Below, one piece after another: positions 1 to 13,775 of a DNA stretch of 64,000 nucleotides (position 1 is the stretch's first letter; every line of letters begins with the position of its first letter). The notes below the pieces were generated by a model that was not told where the DNA came from, made no database searches, and saw only the letters and a list, made by a program, of their open reading frames with translations. Both the position numbers and the translations under genes were made by a program. The stretch lies in the NCBI GenBank assembly GCA_951406725.2, contig OX597815.1:111166001-111230000 (forward strand), read 5' to 3'. This DNA comes from Octopus vulgaris. Lineage: Eukaryota.

Positions 1-1899
1 TGCAACGAAGATCTGTAACAATCTGGATTTGCATGTGAATGTAAAGAGTAGTTCTGAATTCCTGTGGAATGCCCTCCTCATTAATGAATATGGAAGTACA
101 ACATACATTTTCTTTCATTTCGGTTTTATTAATCAAACCTTGATAGCAGTCTACTTTTAGACTTTTTTTTATTCTTTAAACTGTTAAAACCACAACTTCA
201 AATATGCAATGTGTTTCGACAATCTATGCTTATGATAATATTTCACCCATTGACACATTTTACAAGTATTCATCTAAGGTATCATCTAGTATGCATAATC
301 GTTTATCTGTGTTAGTAGTTTGTAACACTTTCTACATCATGTTCTAACTTATCTTTCTCTTCTCTTGGAAAGCAAATAATAAAATTTAATATACCCTGAA
401 TCTGAATCTTTTGCTTCATCCGCTGCATAAAACAATGTTACGAGACCTCTGTTTCTTACTTAAGTTCTAGCAGACGTTCTAAGAACAGCTGTTATTTTTA
501 GAAGTAATTGTAGCATCATAGTTTCTCGCAGAATATAAAATGAAAATATAATTAGCATTCCACGTGTCACAGTTGTTAATCGATATAATATGCCGTATGT
601 AGAGTTCATTTTGCACTGTACTTAATCAAAACGCAGTTTGGTAATATCTACATCTGTTCTTTCAAAGTTAATGTATGCACATAAGCTTGTCAGTCAAAAA
701 GTGTGTTCACAGATATAGACTTGGGTAACTGTTAGGGTTACAGTTGTAAAAGGTCACACATAGCAACTTCGAACACACTACCACCATTTTTTAATCTATT
801 ACTTGCTATACCCAACGAAAAAGTTCATTCCACGTTCTAACTATAGGTGTTCTGTCAAAATAAATTCAGAGCCATATACAATAACGCTGTAAGTCTGACA
901 ATATTTCTTTTGCAGGACAAATAAATAATAAAGGGAAAACGGGGTTTGCATAGTTGAGCTAATTTTACGATCGTTTTAGTATTGCTGTTATTGGCATTCA
1001 CAAAATTATCAGTCTGATATGACATAAATGATAACTGCTTACAAAAAATTGTCCTGAATACACCTATCAGGGCCCTTTGATTTACAATCATCCGAGTGAA
1101 CGAGTAAGAAATGATGAGAAGCTTATTACGTTGTTACTCAAGATTTCTTTTTGATTATGTCATAATATTTGTATTATTTATCCATCGATTAATTCTTGTA
1201 GTATGTCACTTAGTATGAATGTCTTTTCGAATATTCCATTAACGAGTTTCTTCATTAAGCAAACACAAACTTTTTTTGTTCATTTTGAGATTCTCAAATA
1301 ATAGACTATTATGTTTATTTATCATTAATAATAAGCTGGCGTAGGTTGTTGGTAAAAATATAATTTGCGACCTGTTGTGATTTGGTATTGTAATATGTTT
1401 TGAGTAAAGTTACAGTAATAAAGAGGAAATTTTGCTAGCGATAAAGTAGCATTCTACACAAATATATTATTTTCACAAAGTATAAAAAATGACGAACAAA
1501 AAATTAATGGGGTAGGGGGGTGCACAGATCTTTCTATTACATAGTCACCAGCGATGAATTGTTGTCCTTACGTCAATAGGAATGAGGGAAAGTATTTTCA
1601 AACCGTTAAGGAGATCTAATCAGTAAAGTATAAATGATGCTAAAATTGTCGGAGAACAGACAAAGCATCTATACAAAAGCACACACACATATCTATCTCT
1701 GTGTGTTTTCGCTTCCTCTAGCTATCCATATCCCCATATATATGCTGACAGACAGACACATACACATCTTTTAAAACAAAAGAGTAAATTTCGAGCGCAG
1801 TCTAGCGGTAAAAACCAGCAAAGATTGGGAAGTGGGGAAAAACTTGCCAGCAGGCGGTTACAGGAATCGAACCCAGTACCCTTCATATATATATATATG

Positions 1900-2145
1900 G
1901 GGGTATGTGTGTTCAGTTTTTGTGGAATGACCTAAACAAGTGATTTGTCTATAGTGATCAAATATATGTGCTGTACATATGCTCACCTCCTTCATCGAGT
2001 CAACGTTACCTGCACAGGTAAACTGTGTACCACATGCTAGATATGGATGTCCTCGCAGAACAACTTCATGTGAAGCGTTTTTTTACTCAAGAATACAACG
2101 CACTGTCCTGTTAAGGAATTGAAACCAAGAGTGCTTGTCCTGACC
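1900..2145 (-). mobile_element. tRNA-derived SINE remnant (family E)
   Basis: Antisense tRNA-like head (caagaatacaacgcactgtcctgttaaggaattgaaacc); similar copies at 47130-47340 and 62160-62460. Confidence 0.5.
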
Positions 2146-3146
2146 ATGAATATTGGCTGCGATTGATTTAACCTTGTATACCTCGAATTTTCACCCACTT
2201 GAAATAATGTTATATCGGTAAAGGAAACACCTGTTTCACATGGTGAAGCGGCTTTTATGTCTTATCTAATATAAATCAACCATATCAAAGTCTGAGGTGA
2301 ATATAGATTTAATTACATTAATTAGATTTTATTAGCTTTCATCGAACGAAGTCTTTCATGGGTATAGCAAGATAACATGCGAATTGTTCACTTTTGATGG
2401 CACACGCACACGCTAAGGAATTTTAGATCTATCTAAAATTTCTAATTCTTTATTTCCAAACAACGTTATTTCGACTGCTGTAATATAAAACTATCATATA
2501 AAATTACCTTTCTTATTTTTCTTCTGGGCAAATTTGTTAAACGCAAAGTTGATACATGTAACACCTGTCTGAAAGAGTTACCTATGTGTATGTGTGTGTA
2601 TGTGTGTGTGTTTGTGCAAACTCAGTATCTAACCAATGAATGAGCTGCAATGTGGTGACACTAACTGATATAAATTGTACCCAGAAGTCCCTCAATTTAC
2701 GTGTACACAACATAAACACATAGATGCACACACACACACGCACACACACACGCATGCACACACATATGTAAAGCTTATTCCTACTTGATCCATTAATGCA
2801 TGACGTAGACTTTTCATTGATGGATGAAGTGTGGGTTATTTTTGACATTCATTCCCAACAGGGGTTAGCTATATTTTCTTGTCTACGTGCCGGAAAAAAG
2901 ACCGATAGTTGTCATTTTTCTTGCTTGTTTGAAGTCTCTTTCACATAGTCCAATATATTTTCGAATTTTTAATTCGTTGGTTGGCGAAACAGAACCTCGA
3001 ATTCCTACGGAAGCATGTTGGCTCGCTCGAGTGGGGAAGTATCTGGGTTCCTGGAGTTGAAATTTGGAGTGGGTGCATGGTAAAAATTATGTTTCATTAT
3101 AATTCTCATGTTATGATAGTAGCTTTTAATACATATCCACGGAAAT

Positions 3147-3289
3147 CTTCTTCTTCTTCTTCTTCTTCTTCTTCTTCTTCTTCTTCTTCTTCTTCTTCTT
3201 CTTCTTCTTCTCCTTCTCCTCCTCCTCCTCCTCCTCCTCCTTCTTCTTCTTCTTCTTCTTCTTCTTCTTCTTCTTTTTCTTCTTCTTCT
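3147..3289. repeat. (TTC)n/(TCC)n microsatellite
   Basis: Seen directly; source of the poly-S/R/E ORFs. Confidence 0.98.
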
Positions 3290-3690
3290 GTCAAATTTAG
3301 ACTTAAACCAAGGCACAATAAAGAAAACTTTCCCCAAATTTGAAATCATCTCTCTGTATGCATACATCTATCTTTATAACTATTCGTTTGTCGACTTAAA
3401 GCACAGAACAAGCTAAGGTTCGTACATAAACACACAGACATAAGGATGCAGGCACAAACACATGTACGCAAACGCACACTCAGAAACACGCCCAAGACAA
3501 AACCCGTGTAAACATGAAAAATCTCTTGAAAAAAAAAAACGACACTTAAATCTAATACATATGTGAGAAAGTTGCAAAGGTGTGATGCAAAGAAAATCTC
3601 CTGAGATTTAAAAGTATGAGTTCAACAAAAACAACAAGAACAACAACGACGTCGACGACAATAACAAAAACAATAGCAACAACACTGACA

Positions 3691-3705
3691 ATAATAATAA
3701 TTATG

Positions 3706-3770
<65 letters not shown>

Positions 3771-4001
3771 AATGATAATAATGATAATAATAATAATAAT
3801 GATAATTATAATAATAATAATGATAATTATAATAATAATAATGATAATTAGAATTAGAATTAGAATTATAAGAATAATAAATAGTGCAATGTGCAAAGCA
3901 GTGATGGCTTTGGAAAAATAGGTGAAATCATGGTGCACAAAAGAAATAACTAAAATGCATTACATTTGATCGCAAAACACAAGTGGCGACAATAAAGCGA
4001 G

Positions 4002-4075
<74 letters not shown>

Positions 4076-4136
4076 CATCCATCCATCCATCCATCCATCC
4101 ATCCATCCATCTATCTATCTATCCATCCATCCATCC

Positions 4137-4194
<58 letters not shown>

Positions 4195-4271
4195 TTTATC
4201 TGTCTGTCTTTCTGTCTATGTTTGTGCATGTGTGTTTGTGTATACACATATACATAAAGATATACACGTGC

Positions 4272-4318
<47 letters not shown>

Positions 4319-4322
4319 TGTG
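3691..4322. repeat. Microsatellite cluster: (AAT/GAT)n, (TCTA/TCCA)n, (TG)n
   Basis: Seen directly. Confidence 0.97.
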
Positions 4323-4570
4323 TTGATGGATAGCTCCCTGACAATATCTTACCTGTACACGTGAACATAAGAATGTGGAAAAGAACTGGTGTCGTATCCG
4401 TACCACGTGGCCTGAGTTGACGAATATACACCTCACACCTGAAACCATTCTAAATTTGTCTCAAATCCGTTTGTCACAAATCTGGTGATATGTGGTGAGA
4501 TGGGTTCGTCCTATGGACGAACGGATCTTTAAGTTATAGGGAGTTGAATCAATCTAGAATATTATATATA

Positions 4571-6262
4571 GGCACGGCTGTGTGGTAAGAAGCTTGATTC
4601 CCCCCTCCCTCAAGAAGGTTGCTTTTGCGCATGTGCGAGTAAGTGTGGTGTTTGGCACCGAAGCGGTGAGACGTGCTTTTGAAGCTGTCTCGCATTGAAA
4701 AATTTTGAAGCTCCACTGTAATGTAAGATACTCCTTTTTTGGGTCCAGGGAGGATTCTTTTGAGGATTTCTTTTGTACATGCTGGAAGTTCTACTGGATT
4801 TTAAATTCTGGTCTACAGTGGGGCGAATATTTTTTCTCAATTGTGAAATTCTTTTTGTTTGCGGGCTTATCCGTCTTCCAAGTTAGTGGTTCATATTAAG
4901 TGAATATTTTTTCTCACTCAATTGTGAGAATTGTTGCTTGGAGGAGTATCGTGCCTACTACAAATGTGTTCACCTTTCTCACAATAATTGTGAGAATTGC
5001 TGTTTTGAGAGAGTGTGACCTCTGTAGAAGAGGGAATAAAGGTAGCCGAGGAGGCGGAGCAGTCCTCAAAGAGGGGTCGCAAAAGGAAGAAGGTGAGCAA
5101 CAATGGGTGCTCACCGAGATATCCTAGGGATGAGGAAGGGGAGGCAAATTTCCCAGGTACGGAGGAGACGCACCCTCACTCAGCTGTAAAGAAAAATAAG
5201 AGGAAGAGGAAGAGAAACGGGACATTGCCGGCAGTCGGTGACAGAGCACCGGAATGTCCTAGGTTGTGCCACCGGCAGGAGAAGCGATACCGTTGGCGGG
5301 AACTGTGCCGACAACGGTAGTATTGGATATCCCACCCCCGGAGGAAGAGGAATTATTGGTCTTCTTGTATAGAGGCGGAGAGGTAGAAAAGGTGGTGGAA
5401 AAGTAGCATTAGGGAGCACCTTTAGCTGCACACAGCATCCCGAATGGCTTCCGCAGATAGGTGTTTAGGTCGTAACGTTGGACGTGACGTTTAGGATGGA
5501 GGGACTCAATGAGAAATATCGCTTGTACCCGGGCGACGCCGACACGGAAAGCGCTTTGATCTTGAATGAGGCGTGGGGGATGGCGGTGGATGCGGGCACA
5601 AGCGATGTTGAGGAGGAATATGGATAAGAGGTTGAAAAGCCTCAGTGTTATTGAAAATTCCTTTTGTTATTAAATATTATTAACAGTGTAGAGGTTTGTT
5701 GCCTCATGAACAATATACAAGAAATCAATGTACTCGGGAAAAAATCGATCGGCGGGCGTCGTTTTTCCCCCCATTAATCATCATTTTCATTTTCATTTCA
5801 TATAAGATTATGTCTATGTCCAGCCCGCAGCTTACTTTCTTTGTGTAAGGCCTTATGGCCAATATAATGAAATTAAATAAAGAAGCTTGCTTCCCAAGCA
5901 CATGGTTCCGAGTTCAGTCCCACTGCGTGGCACCTTCAGCAAGTGTTTACTATAGCATCGGGCCAACCAAAGCCTTGTGAGTGTATTTGGTAGATGGAAA
6001 CTGAAAGAAGCCCGTCGTGTAAATATATATGTATATATATTTATGTGTGTGTGTCTTTGTGTTTGTGTTTGTTCCTCCACTATCACTTTACAACCGATGT
6101 TGCTGTGTTATGTCCCAGAAACTTGGCAGTTCTGCAAAAGAGACCGATAGAATAAGTACTAGGCTTAAAAATAAAAAGTTCTGGGGTCAATTTATTTGAC
6201 TAAAGGTAGTGCTCCAGCATGGGCGCAGTCAAATGAATGAAACGTGTAGAAGAGTAAAAGAG
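4571..6262 (+). mobile_element. Octopus-type tRNA-derived SINE (family A), split by a 1.28-kb insertion
   Basis: Head ggctgtgtggtaagaagcttg at 4571-4602 resumes at 5880 (cacatggttccgagttcagtcccactgcgtggcacc...agaataagtactagg...ggggtcaat...gtaaaagag tail). Confidence 0.85.
4603..5879 (+). mobile_element. GC-rich insertion with ~16-bp target-site duplication, probably a non-LTR retroelement derivative
   Basis: TSD aagaagcttg(a/c)ttccc at 4587-4602 and 5880-5895; A-rich 3' end; basic low-complexity ORF1-like peptide (SSKRGRKRKK...KKNKRKRKR). Confidence 0.6.
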
Positions 6263-6267
6263 TATAT

Positions 6268-7655
6268 GACAGCAAAGTCATGAAACGGATAGTCAGAGGG
6301 AAACTAATCGCATTCCTTGAAGACAACGACTTGTTGAGTGATACCCAGCATGGCTTTCTACCAGGTAGCAGCTGCCTGACCCAACTCTTACTATGCCTAG
6401 GCGTTGAGGCAGTTACTTAACAACTCAAATGTGGACGTAATATACCCTGACTTTGCAAAAGCTTTTGATAAAGTGGATCATCGTATGGTATGCCAAAACT
6501 ACGTGATCTTAGCATAGCTGAAAAATTTGGAGGGCGGTTACATGACTTTCTGAAACATAGAAGTCAGGCAGTAGTGGCCATTGAAGCCACCCCAAAGAAA
6601 ACACAAATTGTGAGCAGTGGTTCTCTCAGATATGCCCTCAGCTACCCAGATTGCCACCCTTGCTAGCTATGCCACCCTTGCTATCTATGCAAACGATACA
6701 AAAGTTTGCAGAAAATACAGAATCCTACCGATGTTGCACACCTGCAGCCGGAGTTGGACTCAATTTACAGAAGGACTGAGGACAATAATATGCAATTTAA
6801 TGTTGAAAAATTCCAATGCCTGCACTACCAGCGTCAAAAACTGAATATAAAACTAACAGGTACACTGGATCACAAGGGGTTACAATCCAAGAGCCTAGAT
6901 CGGCGAGGGACTTGTGTATCGACATGAGTGATGATACCGCTTTCCAAGTGCACATTACCAGGTTGACCACAAAGTGCAGACGACTAACTGGATCCTGAAA
7001 ATATTCAAAATCAGAGAGGTGGAAACCATGATGATCCTCTGGCGGACATTCGTCCTCAGTCGTCTGGATTACTACTCCCAGCTATTGTCACCTAACAGTG
7101 TAAATAATAGCGGATGTTGATACAATTCAGCGAAGCTTCACAAAGACGTTTCAAGGAGAGACTGCAAGAGCTCAGCTATTGGTAATTGCTGAAACAGCTA
7201 AGGCTCTACTCTCTGGAGCGAATGCGGGAGTGGTATGCAGAAATATACATCTGGAAGAATCTGGAAGGAACTGTGCCAAATTTTTGCATTGAAAGCTACA
7301 CAAATGCCAGAATGGGTCGACGCTGTGCAGTGCCAAAGACCCCAGGAATGCCATCGCGCTTCAGGACCAGTCACTGTAACAGACTGATTTCAGGGAACGA
7401 CAGTTATTTAATATTCCCCAAAAGCGCTTGAGGGACCTACGCAAAGTGGATGTGGGTGTTTTCAAATGAAACTGGACCTCTTCCTGTCGAGAGTGCCAGA
7501 TGAACCTACCTCACGGCAAGGGTTGCAACTGAGGGCTGTGACATCAAACTCCCTTATTCACCAAATGCCATATATTAGCGGAGGGTCTCACTAATTACAG
7601 TGTAGCAAAACGGCGGTGCCGCAGCATTGGCATAGCTTTGAGCTGAAGCTAGAAA
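6268..7655 (+). mobile_element. 5'-truncated CR1/L2-type LINE, decayed RT and C-terminus
   Basis: QHGFLPGSSCLTQLL, DFAKAFDKVDH, YANDTKV, MQFNVEKFQCLH, LSYW..LKQLRLYSLER; ends in (TA)n. Confidence 0.9.
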
Positions 7656-7676
7656 TATAAATATATATATGTATAT

Positions 7677-7770
<94 letters not shown>

Positions 7771-7801
7771 GTATATCTATCTATCCATATATATATGTAT
7801 G

Positions 7802-7835
<34 letters not shown>

Positions 7836-7859
7836 TATATATATATACATACATATATT

Positions 7860-7912
<53 letters not shown>

Positions 7913-7921
7913 ATGTATATA

Positions 7922-7960
<39 letters not shown>
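7652..7960. repeat. (TA)n/(TG)n microsatellite
   Basis: Seen directly. Confidence 0.97.
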
Positions 7961-7962
<2 letters not shown>

Positions 7963-8059
7963 ATAATAATGAAGAGAATGGAGACTTGTACATTCGCAAA
8001 ATTTATTTTATAGTTATGCACAGCATACTATAATTACCTATATGTGTTTCCGCTGAAAA

Positions 8060-8432
8060 AATATGACACATTACTAAGCGTGCTAATTTGGTAAATTATG
8101 GAGACGTAAACACACCAACACCGGTTTTCAAGTGTGTAGGGGAAAACACAGACATAGATGCCCACCCTATACACACACACACACGCGCGCGCAAACACTC
8201 ACACACATATATGTATATATATATGCATATATATCTATGTATATATATATATGTCGTTGTATATATATGATGGGCGTCTTTCAGTTTCCGTCAACCGAAT
8301 CCACTCACATGAATTTAGTCGGCCAGCATCTATTGTAGTAGTGAGCTATATGAGGTCCCACGCAGTGGCACCGAACCCGGAACTCTGTCGACAGGAAGCA
8401 GGCTTCTTGTCACAAAGTTACTCCTGCGCCTA
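8060..8432 (-). mobile_element. SINE family A, degraded
   Basis: Antisense tttcagtttccgtc..aatccactcac..cacgcagtgg..ctcctgcgcc. Confidence 0.75.
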
Positions 8433-8544
8433 TATATGTGAATAATTCATGGATGTTCGTTGTTCGACGTTGAGGATCAAGTTGTGTGAGCAACCAAATT
8501 GCCTGCACAGTTCTACTTAACATAATTCTCATTGGTAGTCAGCA

Positions 8545-8725
8545 TAACAATGGGTGTGATGAAGCTGTATTACTTAAATCAGAGGTTACAATCCATCCGA
8601 TCAGCTTTTATGCGTTTTCCTGTTCTCAGTATCACTAGCCACAGCGTGCGACCAAAATTTAGACTTCATGATTACGAAACGAATTTGTTGACCGTTCAGA
8701 CATGCTACGCTTACACACACACATA

Positions 8726-8821
<96 letters not shown>

Positions 8822-9720
8822 AACGTGCACACACTTTTTCTTTTGTATATTTATCTAACTAGTAATCAAGTATTAAAAATAATTCTCTCGTAAGACTGAT
8901 AATATATATTCACATGACAAGAATCCAAAATAAAATTTTCATTATATTTATAAGCCTCTTTCAGTATTCTTTTCACAAATGAATCATTAATGAGTTAGTC
9001 GTTATAGTTTTGACATGTATCTAACCTTTAATTCCAATGCTGATGATGCTTTGCTCTTTAGAGAACTATTCTTTGTTTATTTGTTTGTACTAATTAACCT
9101 GTTGTGTAATCTATGCATTAATTGAACAGCAGTTGGTTGTTCTACGTCATTACACTTGGATTAGGTATGTTTAAGTAGACTTGTTATAATAATAATAGTA
9201 ATATGTAAATTCTTGACATCTTCAAAATCCTTACAAAATGATGCTTGCCTAAAAAATAAATATGAAAAATTAAAATTGAATTTAACAGATTAGAATTTAA
9301 ATGTTCTATTTTTTACTTTAAAATTTTGGTTTTATGGTGCTGATAAACCATATGTGGGAGTAACAAACACCTGAAAAACCCTTCTCCCGAATAACTGAAT
9401 ACAGTTTGATATATTTGAATGAGGATGAATTATGATACCTTCTGTCAATAATTTATGATACATATTTGAAAACCAACATTGAGATTGCTATTGAAAGAGC
9501 AATTCAAATGTTTTCAGCTGCCATCTATTGTCGTGCTTCTTTGCCGCGATATATATTACAGTGTAGAGCCAAGATTTAATAATTTATGCACTTTTAAATA
9601 TTTGAGTGTTTCAATGCAGAAGTATTCAGTGGCTTATAAATAAGAATAAATTATACACATTCATCATCGGTATTTATATTGATTATGTCAATATACTGCA
9701 GTTTAAGCAAGAAATTCTAG
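8545..9720 (+). pseudogene. Decayed Polinton double-jelly-roll major capsid protein relic
   Basis: DEAV..SEVTIHP N-terminus; KPLSVFF..FDMYLT..NADDALLFR (9036-9062; recalled consensus R..DDDAIFR); DKPY (9342; consensus EKPRY); IYLNE..Y (~9409; consensus V.LNS.RYP); ERAIQMF (~9493; consensus RAY.MF). Split by (CA)n at 8715-8817. Confidence 0.55.
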
Positions 9721-9734
9721 AAGTGTAGAACGTA

Positions 9735-9995
9735 AATGAATATTTTTCTAAAATATAAAGATCTTTCTGTGCGAAAATAAATTGCATTGAAGAAATATAT
9801 TGCAGAAATCACCGAAAGCATGACAAATGCATAACTCAAATCGTGTGGAGAATAAACTAAAGCCACTATACAATTACAAAATCAGAAGAGATGGAAAGTT
9901 ATATTTCCAGAAAACTGTTCAAGCATGTAACTACAAGTAAACATTACTGAGACAAAAAGTAGCAGGAAGAAGATATCGCAAACAATGTAAACTAC
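9735..9995 (+). pseudogene. Possible small Polinton ORF relic downstream of the capsid gene
   Basis: MNIFLKYKDLSVRK*IALKK..LKSCGE..LQVNITETK; weak resemblance to a small basic Polinton protein. Confidence 0.25.
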
Positions 9996-10144
9996 ATACC
10001 TCGAATAAATTATATGTATACACTACACTATAACAGAGTTACTAAGAGCAGATATTCAGTACTTTCTAGTTTAACAGACACAAAAGAAACCAAAAAGATG
10101 CTGTTTACAACACAACAGAAAGAGATAAAGATAGATAGATAGAA

Positions 10145-10187
<43 letters not shown>

Positions 10188-10239
10188 GAAAGAGACAGAT
10201 AGACAGAGAAAATACATCTTGGAAAAGAAGTTTTAATCA

Positions 10240-10670
10240 TGTTTGAGGAATTTTACGACCCAGGAGGTCTATTCTACTAGTGTTCTTTCCATCCTAAATT
10301 GCAGAAATTCTCCTTCCACAGCCTGCCTTCTGTTTCTTCTATTCTGTCACGGACCTATCCTTTCTGTCTCGTAGAAATTCCCCTTACATAACTTTCGTTC
10401 TTGTTCTACTGTCTCTCCTTGAAACGTCTAAATCTCCAGCAATCTTCTCCTGATGAAGGAAACCAGGCTTATTGTAATATTTTCATGTGACTGTTCACTG
10501 CTTGCATACCCATAACTGTTTTGCGTATTCCATCAGCAAGTTATAACTGTTACGATTATTACGCAACTCCGAGCCTTGTGGAACAGTTTTCGAGTTAAGA
10601 AGTTATGTATTTCCTTAATATATTTTGTATTATTGGCGCTCCATGTAAATAAATGTATATAAATATATAT
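10240..10670 (+). mobile_element. Penelope-like pseudo-LTR remnant
   Basis: CT-rich tract, ctgatgaagga core at ~10450, AATAAA-like end. Confidence 0.4.
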
Positions 10671-10689
10671 TAAAATACATCTGTAGTAT

Positions 10690-12644
10690 TTAGGCAGTAA
10701 TTTTTTCTGTGCTTGATAATAGCACCTTCTTTCAACATAATTGTATTTCCTCATATGACTATGCGTTTATCAATGTGGAAGTTCGAGCTTCTTTCATGTT
10801 GCATCTGTTGACGGCGACCTTCTCACATGCATGACATATGTATAATTACACACTATAGGAATACGGGAAACAATGAGAGCAAACAAATATAAAACATGCT
10901 ACTTTAAAGACCACATGCAGGGGCTTTCTTGTAATTTTGAAATATTCGAAAATTTCGATTTATATTTGAAGCAATCTCACTATATGGTCACATAATGAAC
11001 AAGTGAAAATCTTAGCTTTTCGTTTATAAACCTAATGAGAAATTATAAGTTATTAATTTCCCATAATATTCTCTAATAAAGTAAATGTTATATGTTGAAA
11101 TGAATTCATGAATTTCTCTTTCCAGAAGGGAATTTAATATAGTACTGTTAATACTTAAGTGTACGCAATATAGTAGGATATGGATATCAAGAAAGCCAAA
11201 CCAAGTACTAAAGCTAAAACTACAGAAAGTGTTAAATTATTCTCCATTTATATGATGTAATGGGAGTTTAATAGAATAATGTTATCATAAAGTCGTATAG
11301 ATTCATTACAGCATATTGATATATTAATTACTTTGGTTATGTATTCATAAATATATATAATGAGAGTGAAAAATTGGATAGTAATTTAACATCAATTTAC
11401 AACCAGTGGTCTAGCATAGATTTAACCTTCAGACCTTTCTATATATATATATATATGTGTGTGTGTATGTGTGTGTATATGTATGTATGTATGCCTTTAT
11501 AAATATGCATATACACATATATATATATATCCATATATATATATATACACACACATATATATATATACGTATATATATTTCCATACACACACACACATAT
11601 ATACACACACACAGATTTGTGTGCTAAATTGATTTTGCTTAATTTACTCCGAGTTAATAGTTTGTTAACACCACTAGGAATAAAAGTTACTACATACGTA
11701 GATGAATGGTTGTATGTATGCATACATAATGTGTGCATACACCCAAACTTTCATTTATCATAGACATGCGTTTAGGGGAGTTCTTTGGAGCTTTGATAAA
11801 CATAGCAAAAGCAAAGTATGAAGGAAATATTTGCTAGTTTTCATAGATTGTAGGGTTGAAAAATTAGGAATTAACAGTTGCTACCGAAACACAAAAATCG
11901 TGATATCCATGGAGCATGCTGCAAACAAAATCCCTTGAGTATCTTGCAAGAGAACAGACAGTATAAAAAGAAATTACATAGAGAAATTTTACTTATGAAA
12001 AAAATATTAAAAGAAAGTCCTTGTACACACTACAGACAACACCCACTTAAAATAATTCATTTGAAAAACGCATGGTTGCCGACTGAAGGCTCTCTATAGC
12101 TAGAAGCGATTTGTTGTTTACTTGAAATCAATATGCAGGACACATTTCATGTTACCTTAAGTTTGCCAGTGCAAATTTGATTATATTGTCTTGCTATTGC
12201 GCAATCTCAAACCATCTAGAGGTTTTCTGAAGAGCATCTGTGCATCATAATATCTTTTTATAATCTATGCTTCCATGGAATGATGCTAAGCGAAATTAAG
12301 AAAAGGATAAGGTGTTTGTCACAATTTTATCTTCAAGTGATACAGATTCTTATTTCAAGACGAATAGACAACGATTTCCCTTGATATCCGCACTTGTTAT
12401 GAGAATAAATTAGAAACAAGTTATCATCTACTTGTCATCTCATGTGTTTATTCGCAGGCTGCTTTATGTTGTTTTAGCCAAGATTACAAATAGGAACAAT
12501 CCTTAAATATAGATAAGGTAAAGCAATGAACTCTTTATGAAAATCGCAGTTTTGCAACGAATACTGTAGTAGAAGAATGACAAAAACAATATGTCTAAAC
12601 ACCGGTATCCCAGTCACCCATATGGCACTGAGCTGCGGGTCTAG
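10690..12644 (+). mobile_element. Decayed autonomous Helitron (PIF1-like helicase part and 3' end)
   Basis: NVEVRASF..SVDG (~10773); IVLLLRNLKPSRG (12185-12223); RQRFPLISALVMRIN (12366; consensus RRQFPVRLAFAMTINK); LLYVVLAKI (~12459; consensus QLYVALSRV); GC hairpin followed by CTAG at 12641-12644. Confidence 0.7.
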
Positions 12645-13029
12645 AACACTCACTGGTCTTAAAAGAGAGAAATTATTCTCCTCTGACGTAATATTTGACC
12701 AGCATATTTTGCGCTAGAACCTGGCTAGACGTGTTATGAATAAATGTGTAAATAAGCGTTCAATCACTAGATTCATGATATTTATATGTAAATATTTTGA
12801 AAGCTTTGTAAATAAAACTATAATATTTTTGCATTTCATACTCTCTTCATTTTAAGTATCATTAATCAGTGAAGTGGTCCAGTACACATGCTTTACATAA
12901 AAAAAAGACTTGCAATAACGGTATACAAGCACATGCAAAAGCACCACTGTGCATGTGCTTATATGCTATGATGTCCCATCTCTTTCGGGATACGGCGTGT
13001 AGTAAGATGAAATAATTATATTTTTCTTT

Positions 13030-13430
13030 AAAATACAATGTACAAATAATTTATGTAAGGACTCATGACGCTTCACTCGTGCCGTTGGGCGTGGTTTTAC
13101 GAATCCTCTATAATTTACCATACTGCTCTAATTTTTGACGGCACGAGGAATATTTTTGATAATCACCGTATGTATGCTTTCATATCTGCTTATATATGTA
13201 GAAATTATAGGGATTACACAACAGCTAAAACAATTTGAAAGAAAGAAGGAATGATGTATAATCTGTAGGTCAAACCTCCAGATGAAATATAAATAAACAC
13301 TATCTTTTATATACAAATCTCAAATGTATCCGTTTTAATGAGTTATCGCTGTAAACTATAGCCGCTTCAGGGCATATTTAAAGGGTTATGCATCTATGTG
13401 GTTTACATAGGTGTAGCAAGAAAATATTCA
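13030..13430 (-). pseudogene. pPolB N-terminal fragment (endonuclease VII type)
   Basis: LNM..GYSL..IKTDTFE..IY..YRLY, then HTVIIKNIPRAV (consensus LN..GI.FP..I.KFE..N..INVY...HY..IKN.SRL). Confidence 0.45.
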
Positions 13431-13730
13431 TTGCTTTGTCATATATCATGATATCGAGAAAACTATCGACAATTGTGTCATTGAAATATTGATAATCAAT
13501 TGTTGTCCGGTAAACTTAGTGATATATGTGCATACGTACGTATATACATACATACATACATACATACATGGATACATACATTTAGACTGACAGTCATACA
13601 GAGAGACACACAGAAAGAAAGACAGACAGACATTCATATACACACGTATGTATATGTATATGTGCTTGTGTGCCAGTGTCTTAGCTGTGAATGTATGTGT
13701 CAGAGTCTTTATCATACTGTGTAGGAATGT

Positions 13731-13775
<45 letters not shown>

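Larger units (their letters stand above)
190..3345 (+). pseudogene. Decayed Polinton/Maverick pPolB relic 1 (type with VSR-like nuclease insert)
   Basis: Colinear motifs across frameshifts: DNLCL (218-232), HF..FGNIYIC (~607-657), ExoI-like FYD (963-971), ExoII-like CHN (1158-1166), ExoIII-like INDAKIV (~1630-1650), LYTSNF (~2174) and GEYRF (~2296) of the nuclease insert, motif A-like DIN-LYP (2667-2683), FLLDP..DEVWV (~2777-2836), motif C-like KTDS (2898-2909), GKYLGSW (3034-3054). Motif B not seen, probably deleted. Interrupted by a SINE and microsatellites; may extend left of the window. Confidence 0.75.

Noticed and set aside
300-1091. Minus-strand herpes/phage terminase-like reading (RGLVTLFYAADEA = RG-x8-DE at 450-412; VGIASNR..SVFE; QTTNT)
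   Set aside because: No Walker A motif, and the + strand of the same DNA carries many more ordered pPolB motifs continuing to ~3345. Most likely an antisense coincidence; an HMM test of both strands would settle it.
12922-12965. Short hairpin agcacatgca..tgcatgtgct as a pre-miRNA
   Set aside because: Too short and low in complexity to support a call.
13060-13240. Argonaute/PIWI-like LIFDGTRNIF on the + strand
   Set aside because: Isolated short match with no convincing splice context; the minus strand fits the pPolB N-terminus better.
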